The notes under the pieces were generated by a model. The model worked only from the letters and a program-made list of their open reading frames with translations. It made no database searches and was not told where the DNA came from. From the NCBI GenBank assembly GCA_965227295.1, contig OZ245742.1, positions 5,248,001 to 5,312,000 of the forward strand: DNA of 64,000 nt, read 5' to 3'. The position numbers and the translations under genes were made by a program. This DNA is from Leptonemataceae bacterium. Lineage in GTDB: Bacteria > Spirochaetota > Leptospiria > Leptospirales > Leptonemataceae. Below, one piece after another: positions 41,962-51,345 of the stretch (within the stretch, counting starts at the first letter, position 1; the number at the start of each line of letters is the position of its first letter).

Positions 41962-43755
41962 TTGTCCGACTCCTCCACAGGCCTCGCATCGTATCACACA
42001 CCTCCCCTGGAGGCTGGAGGGTATCGAATCGAAGTCCGGCAGAGCGTAAGTCATGGTGAAGATCAACTAGAAGAATCTTTGCTGGATGCGGAGTTTCGCG
42101 TGGCCGGCCCGCAGGACTCTCTGGCGCCGCAGGACATTCAGGCCGTATATCCACCGCGCGCGGCCCGGGGGCGATACGACTCCGTCTTTCCGCATGTGAT
42201 CTTTAGACGTTCCACCCTTCCCTGGGAACGCAGCGCCGCGCAAAACCCCGACCCGAATCGGCCTGTGCCCTGGCTCGGACTCCTGTTGTTCACCGATCAG
42301 GAAATCGAGGATCACGGTCTGTTGCCGCAAACATCTTCCCGATCGGAGTCCACCGGGCAAGACGGTGACGCCGCAACCGGGCCGGTCGCGATTCTCGATC
42401 TTCCCGCGGAATTCGCACGCATCATGCTGCCGTCGGGAGACGATCTCCCCTTTCTCGCACACGTTCGCATCCCGCCGGACGGCGGAAACCGGAGCGCGGT
42501 CGTGACCGGGAATCGTCTACCGCAGCCCGGCGCAAGGAATCGTGTCTACCTTGTGGCCTGGGAAGGACGTTATCGCTACGAGTCCGGGAATCGACTCGCG
42601 GTTTCCATCGAAGCCGGAGCGGACAGCGTGCGCCTGGTCAGTCTGAAGTACTGGGACTTCTTCTGCTCCGCGACAGCTCCCGGCGTCCACGACACCGGCG
42701 GACTCGATCACCTGCTGCGGCAGTTGAACTGCGACCCGGCGGTCCTCCAACTGCCGCCGACGGACAACGAAGAAGCGAACGCCCGAATCCGTGCGAGCTA
42801 CGTTCCGCTCAAGCATCGATTGCGCAACGGTCAGCAAACCGTTTCCTGGTATCACGGCCCTTTCGTTTGCGGCAGGAACACGGCGCCGGACGCTCTCCCT
42901 TTTCCGGCGAGCACCGCCGACGCGCTCTACTACTATCAGCCGGGCGAAGGCATGTTCGACGTCTCGTATGCGGCGGCCTGGGAGCTCGGGCGTTTGCTCG
43001 CGTTGCAGAGCAAAGACTTTGCGATCGCCCTCTACATGTTTCGCCGCGAAGCGATACAGCGCCGGCATCAGGAATCCGAACGCCGGACGCAACGGTATCC
43101 CCTGGAACTCGAAACGTCCGGCGATGCCGAACCCTCAATCCCGTCGAAAATCACGACGTGGCTCGACGATGCCGGCTTGCTCCGGAACGTCCCGTTTGCG
43201 TATCTCGTGGCAGACGAACGAATGCTTCCCGCGGAATCCATACGGTTCTTCTACATCGATTCGCAGTGGACGGCGGCATTGCAGGACGGCGCGCTCAGCG
43301 TCGGGCGCGTCAGCCGGATCGACCGGGACTTCGACCGGGACATGTACCCGGCCGACAGACCGGAGCGCGTTGTCAGCGGCGTGTTGCTGCGATCGGAGGC
43401 AGTGGCCGGCTGGCCGCATCTCCAGGTCGACGGCTTCGACTCCGCCTCGAACGCGCTGCATGTTCTCCGCCGGGAACACCTGTCCGATCATGTACTGCTT
43501 TCGCTTTTCGAAGGCGATCTCGCACGGCTCGAGGTGTATCTGAAGCCGGAGGCTCTACACTTCAGCGCTCCGGACTCCGTTCCGTTTCGCAACACCGGCG
43601 AGGCGGCCGGGGTCGTCGACGTACACGCGCTGGCCCTGCGCATGCAGGACGCATCGGGACAGGCTGGCTTCAGCGCCGCGGACTTCGCCGCGCAGTTGCT
43701 GACGAGCGGTACGAAGATATGCTTCACGCGCTTCGGAGGACAGGTCGACCAATGA
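41962..43755 (+). CDS. Uncharacterised protein A of the DUF6603-like operon (597 aa)
   Basis: Long ORF with conserved-looking motifs PPL.AG.Y, FPHV....TLPWER, VPWLGLL, YHGPF, DVSYAAAWELGRLLAL, LPAESIRFF, GVLLRS..V.GWP; TTG start uncertain. Confidence 0.8.
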   Translation: MSDSSTGLASYHTPPLEAGGYRIEVRQSVSHGEDQLEESLLDAEFRVAGPQDSLAPQDIQAVYPPRAARGRYDSVFPHVIFRRSTLPWERSAAQNPDPNRPVPWLGLLLFTDQEIEDHGLLPQTSSRSESTGQDGDAATGPVAILDLPAEFARIMLPSGDDLPFLAHVRIPPDGGNRSAVVTGNRLPQPGARNRVYLVAWEGRYRYESGNRLAVSIEAGADSVRLVSLKYWDFFCSATAPGVHDTGGLDHLLRQLNCDPAVLQLPPTDNEEANARIRASYVPLKHRLRNGQQTVSWYHGPFVCGRNTAPDALPFPASTADALYYYQPGEGMFDVSYAAAWELGRLLALQSKDFAIALYMFRREAIQRRHQESERRTQRYPLELETSGDAEPSIPSKITTWLDDAGLLRNVPFAYLVADERMLPAESIRFFYIDSQWTAALQDGALSVGRVSRIDRDFDRDMYPADRPERVVSGVLLRSEAVAGWPHLQVDGFDSASNALHVLRREHLSDHVLLSLFEGDLARLEVYLKPEALHFSAPDSVPFRNTGEAAGVVDVHALALRMQDASGQAGFSAADFAAQLLTSGTKICFTRFGGQVDQ

Positions 43756-46700
43756 GCGTGCCCACGATTTTCGTACCGATCCAACTGGACGCGCTGGTGC
43801 TCCAGCGGACGACGAGCGTGGTCGAAGCCATGGCGGACTTCAGCCGGCTTCCGTACACGGACGGCACCCGGGACTACCGGAGCGGCGTTGCGCCCATCAG
43901 CGAAGAGATTCTCTCGCAGCCCTTAGAAAGCAAGAATCTGAACTTAAAGCCCGGTATACATCTGCACTGGTCCCTGCCGGCGGCCCTGACCCGGAGCGAC
44001 GAGCACGGCGTCTTTCCGCCGGTACCGAATCGCTGGCTCATAACGCGGAAGCGTCGATCGTCCAGCGGTAGCCCGGAGACGGAACGGCAGTGGGTCGTGG
44101 AAAGCGACTTCCTGCATCCGGACGGCAAAGGCGACGACGCGGGCGGCATACCGATCCCCTTTCCGCCCGCGCCCGAACAGGGGCGGCACCGGCCCTTTCG
44201 TTATCTGGGACGCACCCTGCCTCTCGATCGCTGGAATACCCTGCAGACCCAACCGAATCGCGACGACGAGTACCTCGCCGACCGGACCCTGGAACCGGGA
44301 CCGCTGACGGCGGTCGGCTACGGCGAGCCGGCCTTCGCGGCGTTGTACTCCAATTGCCACGGCGTCCTGGGGTCGTACGATCCCGATCAGAGCGACCCCG
44401 ATCCGGCGCTGCAGTACGACGTGGTCGGCTGGTACAGCAATGCGACGCTGGATCCGGTCTACGCCTTCTTTCAAGAGCACACCGCCGTCACCGACGCGAG
44501 CGAATGGAAGACTCTCTTCGAAGAACAGTTCAACTGGACTTTCGCCGATGTGCCGCCGCGCCGGCTCGTATGCTACGCACGCCTTAACTTTACAACAACT
44601 CAAATTACGAAGAACCCCGCTCTTGACGAAGCACTGGCCGTAGCCGTGGGACACACCCGCGGCGAAGCCGTGATCGCCTACCAGGCCTCCGTCGCGGAAC
44701 GGGACGCGAAACGCCGGCAACAACTGCACGCTCGTCTTCGCGCGGCCGTCGTGGCGGATCGCGTGGAACACCGCCGCCTGGACCGGGGTGCGAAGTTCGA
44801 AGAGGCGTGTCATGCGGACGGCTTCAGCGCTACGACGGAAGGAAGCCTCTGGATGGTGAATCGGCGGCCCACCGCCGGTGTCGCGGACACGGAAACGCAA
44901 GAACCGACGCACCAGTCGACGTTGCCCGACGCCCTCGCGGATCTATTAAACGAAGCAAACGAAACACAGGAGGCTTACGATCGGGCATGGCTGGAGATCC
45001 GCGGCGCCCGGCGGCAGTTGTTTTCGGATTGGTACAAGTACATGATCACGCTGTATCCGAGCGACTACAGCCTGCGCGAAGTCGTCGATCCCAACCTCGC
45101 GCGAGAGTACATCCGGACCCGGCGCCTCGTTCCGCTCCAGCAACGCATTGCGAACACGGGAACGCTCTACGTTCAGCAGGACGACCAGGGTCTCATCACC
45201 GGCGCGCGGGCCGGCCAGCCCGGCGATGCCGGCACTTCCCTCGCCGCCGACCTGGCCGCACGTCTGAACGCCCTGATCCAGGCCGTCACGGAATTCAATC
45301 AAACGCTGGCGGCGAACAAGGCGCCGTTCCAAATCGGCTCCACGGCACGACCGCGCTACTGGAGTCCCAACGAACCCGTGGTCCTGCTGGTGGGACCGGC
45401 GACCGGCGTTCGAGAACGACCGGACGTCGCGAATACACCGTTGGCCTGCACGGTCACACCGCTATCGAATGACGCACCGGCTGGTGCGAACGACGTGAAC
45501 GCCCTCGGCGAATGCGTGGAACAAATCCACGCGGTAGATCCGGACGGCCCTGCCTTTCAGCGCTGGCAATTTCAACCGTGGCGACCGTTCTTACTTGAGT
45601 GGGAAGTCGAGGTCTTTCCTGTACGCGAGAAGAGCAACGCCGGCACGGCGGACCGCAACTATCAGTCCGACTTCATCCGCGAAAACTACACTCTCGCCGA
45701 AGACGCCGTGGACCTACGACTCAAGGAAGGCAAAGGCGCGCTCGTACGCGGCGCGAATCTCTATCGCGGCGCGAACATTCTTTCGCCGGGGGCGCACGTC
45801 GAGCTCCGGCAGAAACTCGGCGCCTATCTCTCCCGCGCGACGGCGAAGCAGAACGAGGCCGTGCGCAGCATCACCGAAGCGTACGAGAACCTGGCGAACA
45901 CGAACGGGCTCGCGCAATCTCTCGGCGGATTCAACGCAGCCCTGCTCATGCACAAACAAACGTTGCAACTTGCCGTGCAGGATCCGCTGAACTTTGCCGA
46001 ACAGAAGAAACTCGCCGACAACGTCGCATCCGCCATCGGCAGCGAGATCGACGCCGCGCCGCAACCGTTAAACGACTTTAATCCCATTCGCAGCGGCGCC
46101 TTTCAACTCCAGCGCCTGCGCCTGGTGGACGCCTTCGGGCAAACGCAAGACATCGATCTCGATCGGATCATAATCCCTCCCGAGCTGCAGTTAGCGGACG
46201 ACCCGAAGCTCATGGCATTGCCGCCGCGCCTGATGCAGGACGCGCGCCTGAATCTGCGCTGGCGCAGCGCCCGCGCGGACGCCGGCGAAATGAACGCGCA
46301 CCCCGCAACGTCACCGGTCTGCGGCTGGATGATCGGCAACCATCTCGACGAAAGCCTTTTGTTCTACGACGCGGAGGGCCTGCCCGTGGGACTGATCGAT
46401 CGCTGGAACCAGTGGCGCAACACTCCGGGCGACAGCATGGGCCAGGCTCCCGCGGCCCTGGAGAATGAACACCTCAGTCGCGTCGTGCAGTACTTACTGC
46501 GCCAGGCGCAGACGAACGAAGACTTTCTGCCTGCGTTCCGCCGGACCGTCGACGATGCCCTGGAGGCCATCGAACCGGAGGACCTTGCCGGGCATCCGGT
46601 GCCGGCGGCATTCATGGGCCGGCCTCTGGCAATCGTGCGAGCATCCGTGGAACTACAGGTCTCCGGACGACCCATGATCGATCAAAGCTGGCCGGCTTTC

Positions 46701-47546
46701 CAGGCGGACCTGACGGCGAACGACGACGGCGCGGCGCAGACCCACGGCTGGACCGGCGTGGAGTTTCCTGTCCGCCTCGGCGAGGACCGTCAGTTGGGCG
46801 ACGGCCTGGTGGGCTACTGGATCGAAGCGGATGACGGCCGGCTCGCCGACGTCTTCTACGCTCCTCAGAGCGCGGCCTCGGCCGGCACCGCCACGCAAGA
46901 ACTCATACGAACGCATACGGACGGCGAGCCGCTGAACCTGCACCTCAGCGTGAACGATCCCCGGCGCACCGTGACGATGCTCTTCGACCCGCGCGGCCGG
47001 CTGCACGCGATTCCCGGCGTGCTCCCCGCCAAATCCATCGACATTCCGCCGGACCAGTACGTGCACGCCCTGCAGCAACTCGAGGTAACGTTCTTTTCCA
47101 GCCCGATTCTCAGCGATCGGACGCAGCTCAAGATTCCGCTGGCCGACGAGCCCGGCTTTCAATGGTCCTGGGTCGAGAACCAGCGCGACGGCTGGACGGA
47201 AGTTTCCAGGACCGGCGTAATCGCAAAAAAAGATTTCTTGAAACAATTTCAGCGAGGTGCGGAAATCTGGCGCGGCCTGCTGGGAACCTGGCTCCAGGCC
47301 ATCGATGACGCCACCGCACGCATCATAGCGCGGGAACAGCGGGAGTCCGAACCGGACTTCGGCGAAGAACCAGCGGAAGTCGCAACGGCCTTCTCCGGTC
47401 AGCGGGAAGACATCGAGCGCCTGTTCGAGCAATCTTGCATCGGCCTGCCTTCCCTGGAAGCCCACTTCGCCGATGCCCGGGAACTTCGCGAAGGCTGGTT
47501 AAAACTACGCAGGAATACACAGACTACGCAGACGGAAACGCAATGA
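43752..47546 (+). CDS. Uncharacterised protein B of the DUF6603-like operon (1264 aa)
   Basis: Start MSVPTIFVPIQLDAL with ATGA overlap; motifs GIHLHWSLP, VPNRWLI, WVVESD, WRPFLLEWEV, LVDAFGQ, LPPRL, PVCGW, FPVRLG, DGLVGY; central coiled coil. Confidence 0.85.
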   Translation: MSVPTIFVPIQLDALVLQRTTSVVEAMADFSRLPYTDGTRDYRSGVAPISEEILSQPLESKNLNLKPGIHLHWSLPAALTRSDEHGVFPPVPNRWLITRKRRSSSGSPETERQWVVESDFLHPDGKGDDAGGIPIPFPPAPEQGRHRPFRYLGRTLPLDRWNTLQTQPNRDDEYLADRTLEPGPLTAVGYGEPAFAALYSNCHGVLGSYDPDQSDPDPALQYDVVGWYSNATLDPVYAFFQEHTAVTDASEWKTLFEEQFNWTFADVPPRRLVCYARLNFTTTQITKNPALDEALAVAVGHTRGEAVIAYQASVAERDAKRRQQLHARLRAAVVADRVEHRRLDRGAKFEEACHADGFSATTEGSLWMVNRRPTAGVADTETQEPTHQSTLPDALADLLNEANETQEAYDRAWLEIRGARRQLFSDWYKYMITLYPSDYSLREVVDPNLAREYIRTRRLVPLQQRIANTGTLYVQQDDQGLITGARAGQPGDAGTSLAADLAARLNALIQAVTEFNQTLAANKAPFQIGSTARPRYWSPNEPVVLLVGPATGVRERPDVANTPLACTVTPLSNDAPAGANDVNALGECVEQIHAVDPDGPAFQRWQFQPWRPFLLEWEVEVFPVREKSNAGTADRNYQSDFIRENYTLAEDAVDLRLKEGKGALVRGANLYRGANILSPGAHVELRQKLGAYLSRATAKQNEAVRSITEAYENLANTNGLAQSLGGFNAALLMHKQTLQLAVQDPLNFAEQKKLADNVASAIGSEIDAAPQPLNDFNPIRSGAFQLQRLRLVDAFGQTQDIDLDRIIIPPELQLADDPKLMALPPRLMQDARLNLRWRSARADAGEMNAHPATSPVCGWMIGNHLDESLLFYDAEGLPVGLIDRWNQWRNTPGDSMGQAPAALENEHLSRVVQYLLRQAQTNEDFLPAFRRTVDDALEAIEPEDLAGHPVPAAFMGRPLAIVRASVELQVSGRPMIDQSWPAFQADLTANDDGAAQTHGWTGVEFPVRLGEDRQLGDGLVGYWIEADDGRLADVFYAPQSAASAGTATQELIRTHTDGEPLNLHLSVNDPRRTVTMLFDPRGRLHAIPGVLPAKSIDIPPDQYVHALQQLEVTFFSSPILSDRTQLKIPLADEPGFQWSWVENQRDGWTEVSRTGVIAKKDFLKQFQRGAEIWRGLLGTWLQAIDDATARIIAREQRESEPDFGEEPAEVATAFSGQREDIERLFEQSCIGLPSLEAHFADARELREGWLKLRRNTQTTQTETQ

Positions 47547-47752
47547 ACCAAAACGTTAACCCCCACGAAAATGAAGCTAACTCGCAGAAGATTAAACTGG
47601 AACTCGAGTTAGCCGAACTCAATCAGGTCCTGGACGCCCTCGGCCGGCAGCCCTACGCCTCCGTATACATGCTGATCGAAAAGCTGCATGCCCAGGCGAA
47701 GCCGCAGGTCGTACCGCCGGCCGGTGATTCCGAAGTATCGAGGCTGTCATGA
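47543..47752 (+). CDS. Small helical protein (69 aa) resembling phage tail-fibre-adjacent proteins
   Basis: LELELAELNQVLDALGRQPYASVYMLIEKLHAQA; ATGA overlaps at both ends. Confidence 0.75.
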   Translation: MNQNVNPHENEANSQKIKLELELAELNQVLDALGRQPYASVYMLIEKLHAQAKPQVVPPAGDSEVSRLS

Positions 47753-49728
47753 GCGGCACGACCACGACGAACGATAGCGGCGTCACTCCGTATGAGCGGG
47801 TGCAACCGCTATCTTTTCAGCTCTCCGCCGACGACGGGCGTAACCTGCTGCCCCTGGACGGGCAGGCGCATCTTCTGCATCTTACCATCGAAAATCGAAG
47901 CGACGAGGAACTGACGTTTACACCGCCCGCAACCGCCGGCGCACCTGCTGCCGATCGGTATCACCTGGCGCTGCGCTTTCGACCGGGCACGTTGCATCTG
48001 ACGGACGAAACGCCGGTCGTCTTGCTCGCGGATGCCGCGGAAAACGCGAGCTGGAGCATGAGTGCTCCGGCGCGCATCTCCGACGGCACGATTACGTTTT
48101 ACTTTTTGAGCACGGTCGAGCGCAGTCTCAGCGGCCGGGATCGTCTGCGCATCAGCATGGACGGAGTGCAGGGTGAAGGCCTGGGTGGTTCTCGCGAAAC
48201 CCTCGTCGAGTTGCGCTACGAGGCGAGCCGCGGCACCGAAACGCCGGCACCGTTGAGCGGCTATCGCATCGGGCACCTCGTCCTGGCGAACCTGGCCGCC
48301 GCCCGCGCGCCGTTTCGCATAAACTTCAGCGGACCGAACTGGGTTCTCTCCGACGGCTCGACGAAACAAACGCTGAAGCTGACTTTAACGAATGTGTCCG
48401 GGCGCACGCTGAGCCTTCCGGGCAGCCGGAGTGACGCACCCGCCGCATTGGTGCTCACGTGCGGCACCGGCAACGATGCCACGGACCTGACGAAGAACGA
48501 TAAGATCGATTCCGTCACGGCGACAGGTTTTTCATCGAACAAGCTGACTCAGGGAGCCGTGCTGGAATTTCAACTGGTTCCCGCGAACGACCTCACGCTG
48601 CAACCGGGCGACGAAATCGAACTGACGATCAAGAACCTGGTCGCCAACACGAAGGCCGGACCGGCGGACCTCTTCCTTAAGTACGAAAACATTCCGGGCT
48701 TCATGGACGATACACTGGTCGCTTCCGTAATGAAAAGCCGGCTCGTCCTGCACGATAGCAACGTCAACGTCCACAGTACCCTCGACACCGGAACGCTGGC
48801 CGCGCGCAGTAATATTAGCTTTGACGGAGGGAAACTTACCAGCAAGACCTCCATCTCGCTGCAACCCGATACGAATCACAGCGGCGACGGAACCATTCGC
48901 TTTTTAAAGAACGACGGCAGTGAAGCCGTGCGCATGGCGGCGAACGGCAGGATCGGCATCGGCCAGTCGAACCCCGCCGAAACGCTACACGTGAAGGGCA
49001 ATATCCTGATTGAAGGCGGCGCTTTACGAAGCAAAGGCCGGCTCACGCTGCATCCCGACATCGATCACAAAGGAAACGACGGTGAGATTCGGTTCCTGAA
49101 AGGAAACGGCGACGAGGCCATGTGCATCGACAACAAAGGTGACGTACGCATCGGCGTCTCGGAATCGGTGGGAGCCCGGGTGAGCCTCGCCCGGGACGAC
49201 AAGAACGTCCGGCTGCTTCTCGATCCGGACCAGATCAAGTTTTTTCATAACGGCGTTAAACACTTTTCGATCTTCGCCAACCGGCTTCCCGTGCAGGACG
49301 GCGCCGGCTTTCTTACGATCGAAGACACGAGCAAAGTCGGGGGCATTACTTACAGAGAGGGCACCGTGCTTATGCAAATATCAAGCAAGGGCCCGGTGCA
49401 TATTCCCGGCGGGCTGCAGCCGGACTTCGCCTCCGACTGGATTGCGATCCAAACCAAAGATCTGAAAACGATCACTCATCCTCTCGATACGACTTCGTTG
49501 CGCACGTTCATGCTGTTCAAAACGGGCGATGACATCTACGACGCCGCCTCCTGCGTGCATTATGCCCACAAAGACCAGAATTACAGCGGCTTTAGTTTGA
49601 AAATCGCGACGAATCAGTTTCAACTGCAAGTCGCGAAACATCACGTCTTTGCGTATTATGATTCGAATGGCAATCCGAAGACTCTGAACGCCGGCTCTGT
49701 TCGTATTTTTGCGTGGAAGATCGGATGA
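47749..49728 (+). CDS. Tail-fibre/adhesin-like protein (659 aa)
   Basis: Two Ig-like N-terminal segments; shaft motif NGRIGIGQSNPAETLHVKGNI; two 63-aa repeats; distinct C-terminal tip domain. Confidence 0.7.
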   Translation: MSGTTTTNDSGVTPYERVQPLSFQLSADDGRNLLPLDGQAHLLHLTIENRSDEELTFTPPATAGAPAADRYHLALRFRPGTLHLTDETPVVLLADAAENASWSMSAPARISDGTITFYFLSTVERSLSGRDRLRISMDGVQGEGLGGSRETLVELRYEASRGTETPAPLSGYRIGHLVLANLAAARAPFRINFSGPNWVLSDGSTKQTLKLTLTNVSGRTLSLPGSRSDAPAALVLTCGTGNDATDLTKNDKIDSVTATGFSSNKLTQGAVLEFQLVPANDLTLQPGDEIELTIKNLVANTKAGPADLFLKYENIPGFMDDTLVASVMKSRLVLHDSNVNVHSTLDTGTLAARSNISFDGGKLTSKTSISLQPDTNHSGDGTIRFLKNDGSEAVRMAANGRIGIGQSNPAETLHVKGNILIEGGALRSKGRLTLHPDIDHKGNDGEIRFLKGNGDEAMCIDNKGDVRIGVSESVGARVSLARDDKNVRLLLDPDQIKFFHNGVKHFSIFANRLPVQDGAGFLTIEDTSKVGGITYREGTVLMQISSKGPVHIPGGLQPDFASDWIAIQTKDLKTITHPLDTTSLRTFMLFKTGDDIYDAASCVHYAHKDQNYSGFSLKIATNQFQLQVAKHHVFAYYDSNGNPKTLNAGSVRIFAWKIG

Positions 49729-49771
49729 GGGATGTGCGGGATAAGATCGGAGCGCGGGAGGTATAGCGTTT

Positions 49772-51337
49772 ATGTCGGCTGAAGGAAACGATCCTGATCA
49801 ATCACAAGCATCTTCCAGTGGCGCTGCCGCAGTAGCCGCGACGGACGACGGAGGCTGGCGTCCTGGAGAGTTCGGTCTGACGTTTCTGTATATGGGACAG
49901 GGGGATTGCACTCTGATCAAGTGCCCTGACGGACGAAACATTATGATCGATTGCGGCAGCTCACGGCATGACGGAGACCTGGAAGAAATCAAAGACTTGC
50001 TCCGGCAAAAGGATGCAATCGAAGCGGGACAAGACCTGGATGCCCTGATCATTACACACCCGGACAAGGATCATGTGAATCAGTTGGGGCTCTTAAATCC
50101 ATTCAAACGCCCGGGCGATGGTGGGAGGTCAGAAGAAATCCACGGTATACACGTAAAAAATATCTTCATCAGCAGCGCGAAAGCTCTGGAAGGAAACTGG
50201 TTGCCAGGCGAATACTCAAAGTATTGCAAACGATTCGCCAACAGGGCGGAGGAAGAAGAGGCAAGGGTATTTCGAGTCGTTCTCACGGAGGACGAGTGTC
50301 TTCTTCAGGAATGTGCTCCCGATACAGTCAGCGACGACGATGATGATGTTAACGATGCAGTCCCCAGGTTGGTAGACCGACGCTGCATTATCATGCATAA
50401 GAACGATGGTGACAGTGACAGTGACGACTGGTGCGTTTCCATTATCGCAGGGTCCCACGCTCCTGTAGGCGTAGACAACAATCCACTCAGTCTCGTAGCC
50501 CTGCTGGAAATCGGGGACGAAAAAATCATGATCATGGGAGATGCGACCGTAGAGGTTGGAAACTACATCATGAGCCATTTCGGAGAGGGCAGCAAAACCG
50601 ACTTGCGAAAGCTCTCATTGCTACAGGCACCGCATCATGGGAGTGAAGCATCTGCCTCAACGGAAGAATTCGTCAAATGGCTGCAACCCCAACGAGTCGC
50701 AATCAGTGCCGCCCGTTACGAGTACACGTATCACCTTCCGCGTTGGACGGTACTGAACCGGTACATTCAGTACGTCGGAGATAGAGACGACGGCCCCTGG
50801 CCCCTGGCCGCCTGGCAGGATTCGAACCAGGCTACACTTGAGACATGGCAGTCCTGGATCAAGAACGACTTGAGATTTGAAAAAATCCTCAACACTCAGC
50901 GGCAGGTGAAAGGAGTACTTTTCAATCCAACGAAATCCCCCTTCGAATTCGAAGGTGAACGAATTCAACATCAAGGCCAAATAGCAACCTATGCCCTCAG
51001 CCAGATACAATCCGGAAAAGACATTAAAATCACCGGGCTGGCGGGTACCGGATTTCCAGACTCCGAGGGAAACACGTCCTACCGGGGTGGCAATTTACAC
51101 TATTACTTCAACGGAATAAGTACCAGGCTAACACGCAGCCTCAGCAATCTTCCGGAGAATCCAACCCTCGATGACACGACCGACGGCGGGGGCGCGGCGA
51201 GTAGTAGCAGTAGCGGTGACGGCGCAGCAAGCAGCAGTAGCAGCAGCAGCAGCAGCACAACACCGGTCAGCGACGATGACGACGACGGCCCCGACAGTAG
51301 TAGCAGCAGCGGGATGCCTGACGACGGCGACGATTAA
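49772..51337 (+). CDS. ComEC/Rec2-type metallo-beta-lactamase-fold hydrolase with low-complexity acidic/Ser-rich ends
   Basis: MGQGDCTLI, MIDCG, THPDKDH, MGDA, APHHGS, AISA; no TM competence domain; lower GC than neighbours. Confidence 0.85.
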   Translation: MSAEGNDPDQSQASSSGAAAVAATDDGGWRPGEFGLTFLYMGQGDCTLIKCPDGRNIMIDCGSSRHDGDLEEIKDLLRQKDAIEAGQDLDALIITHPDKDHVNQLGLLNPFKRPGDGGRSEEIHGIHVKNIFISSAKALEGNWLPGEYSKYCKRFANRAEEEEARVFRVVLTEDECLLQECAPDTVSDDDDDVNDAVPRLVDRRCIIMHKNDGDSDSDDWCVSIIAGSHAPVGVDNNPLSLVALLEIGDEKIMIMGDATVEVGNYIMSHFGEGSKTDLRKLSLLQAPHHGSEASASTEEFVKWLQPQRVAISAARYEYTYHLPRWTVLNRYIQYVGDRDDGPWPLAAWQDSNQATLETWQSWIKNDLRFEKILNTQRQVKGVLFNPTKSPFEFEGERIQHQGQIATYALSQIQSGKDIKITGLAGTGFPDSEGNTSYRGGNLHYYFNGISTRLTRSLSNLPENPTLDDTTDGGGAASSSSSGDGAASSSSSSSSSTTPVSDDDDDGPDSSSSSGMPDDGDD

Positions 51338-51345
51338 CAATCCTC

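Noticed and set aside
42867..43751. N-terminal 295 aa of the 1559-aa ORF call
   Set aside because: It overlaps gene A in another frame and is Arg-rich shadow sequence; the better start is the ATG at 43752, overlapping the gene A stop.
49772..51337. Competence gene comEC or an antibiotic-resistance beta-lactamase
   Set aside because: It lacks the multi-TM competence domain and a signal peptide, and the motifs are ComEC-type rather than class B beta-lactamase.
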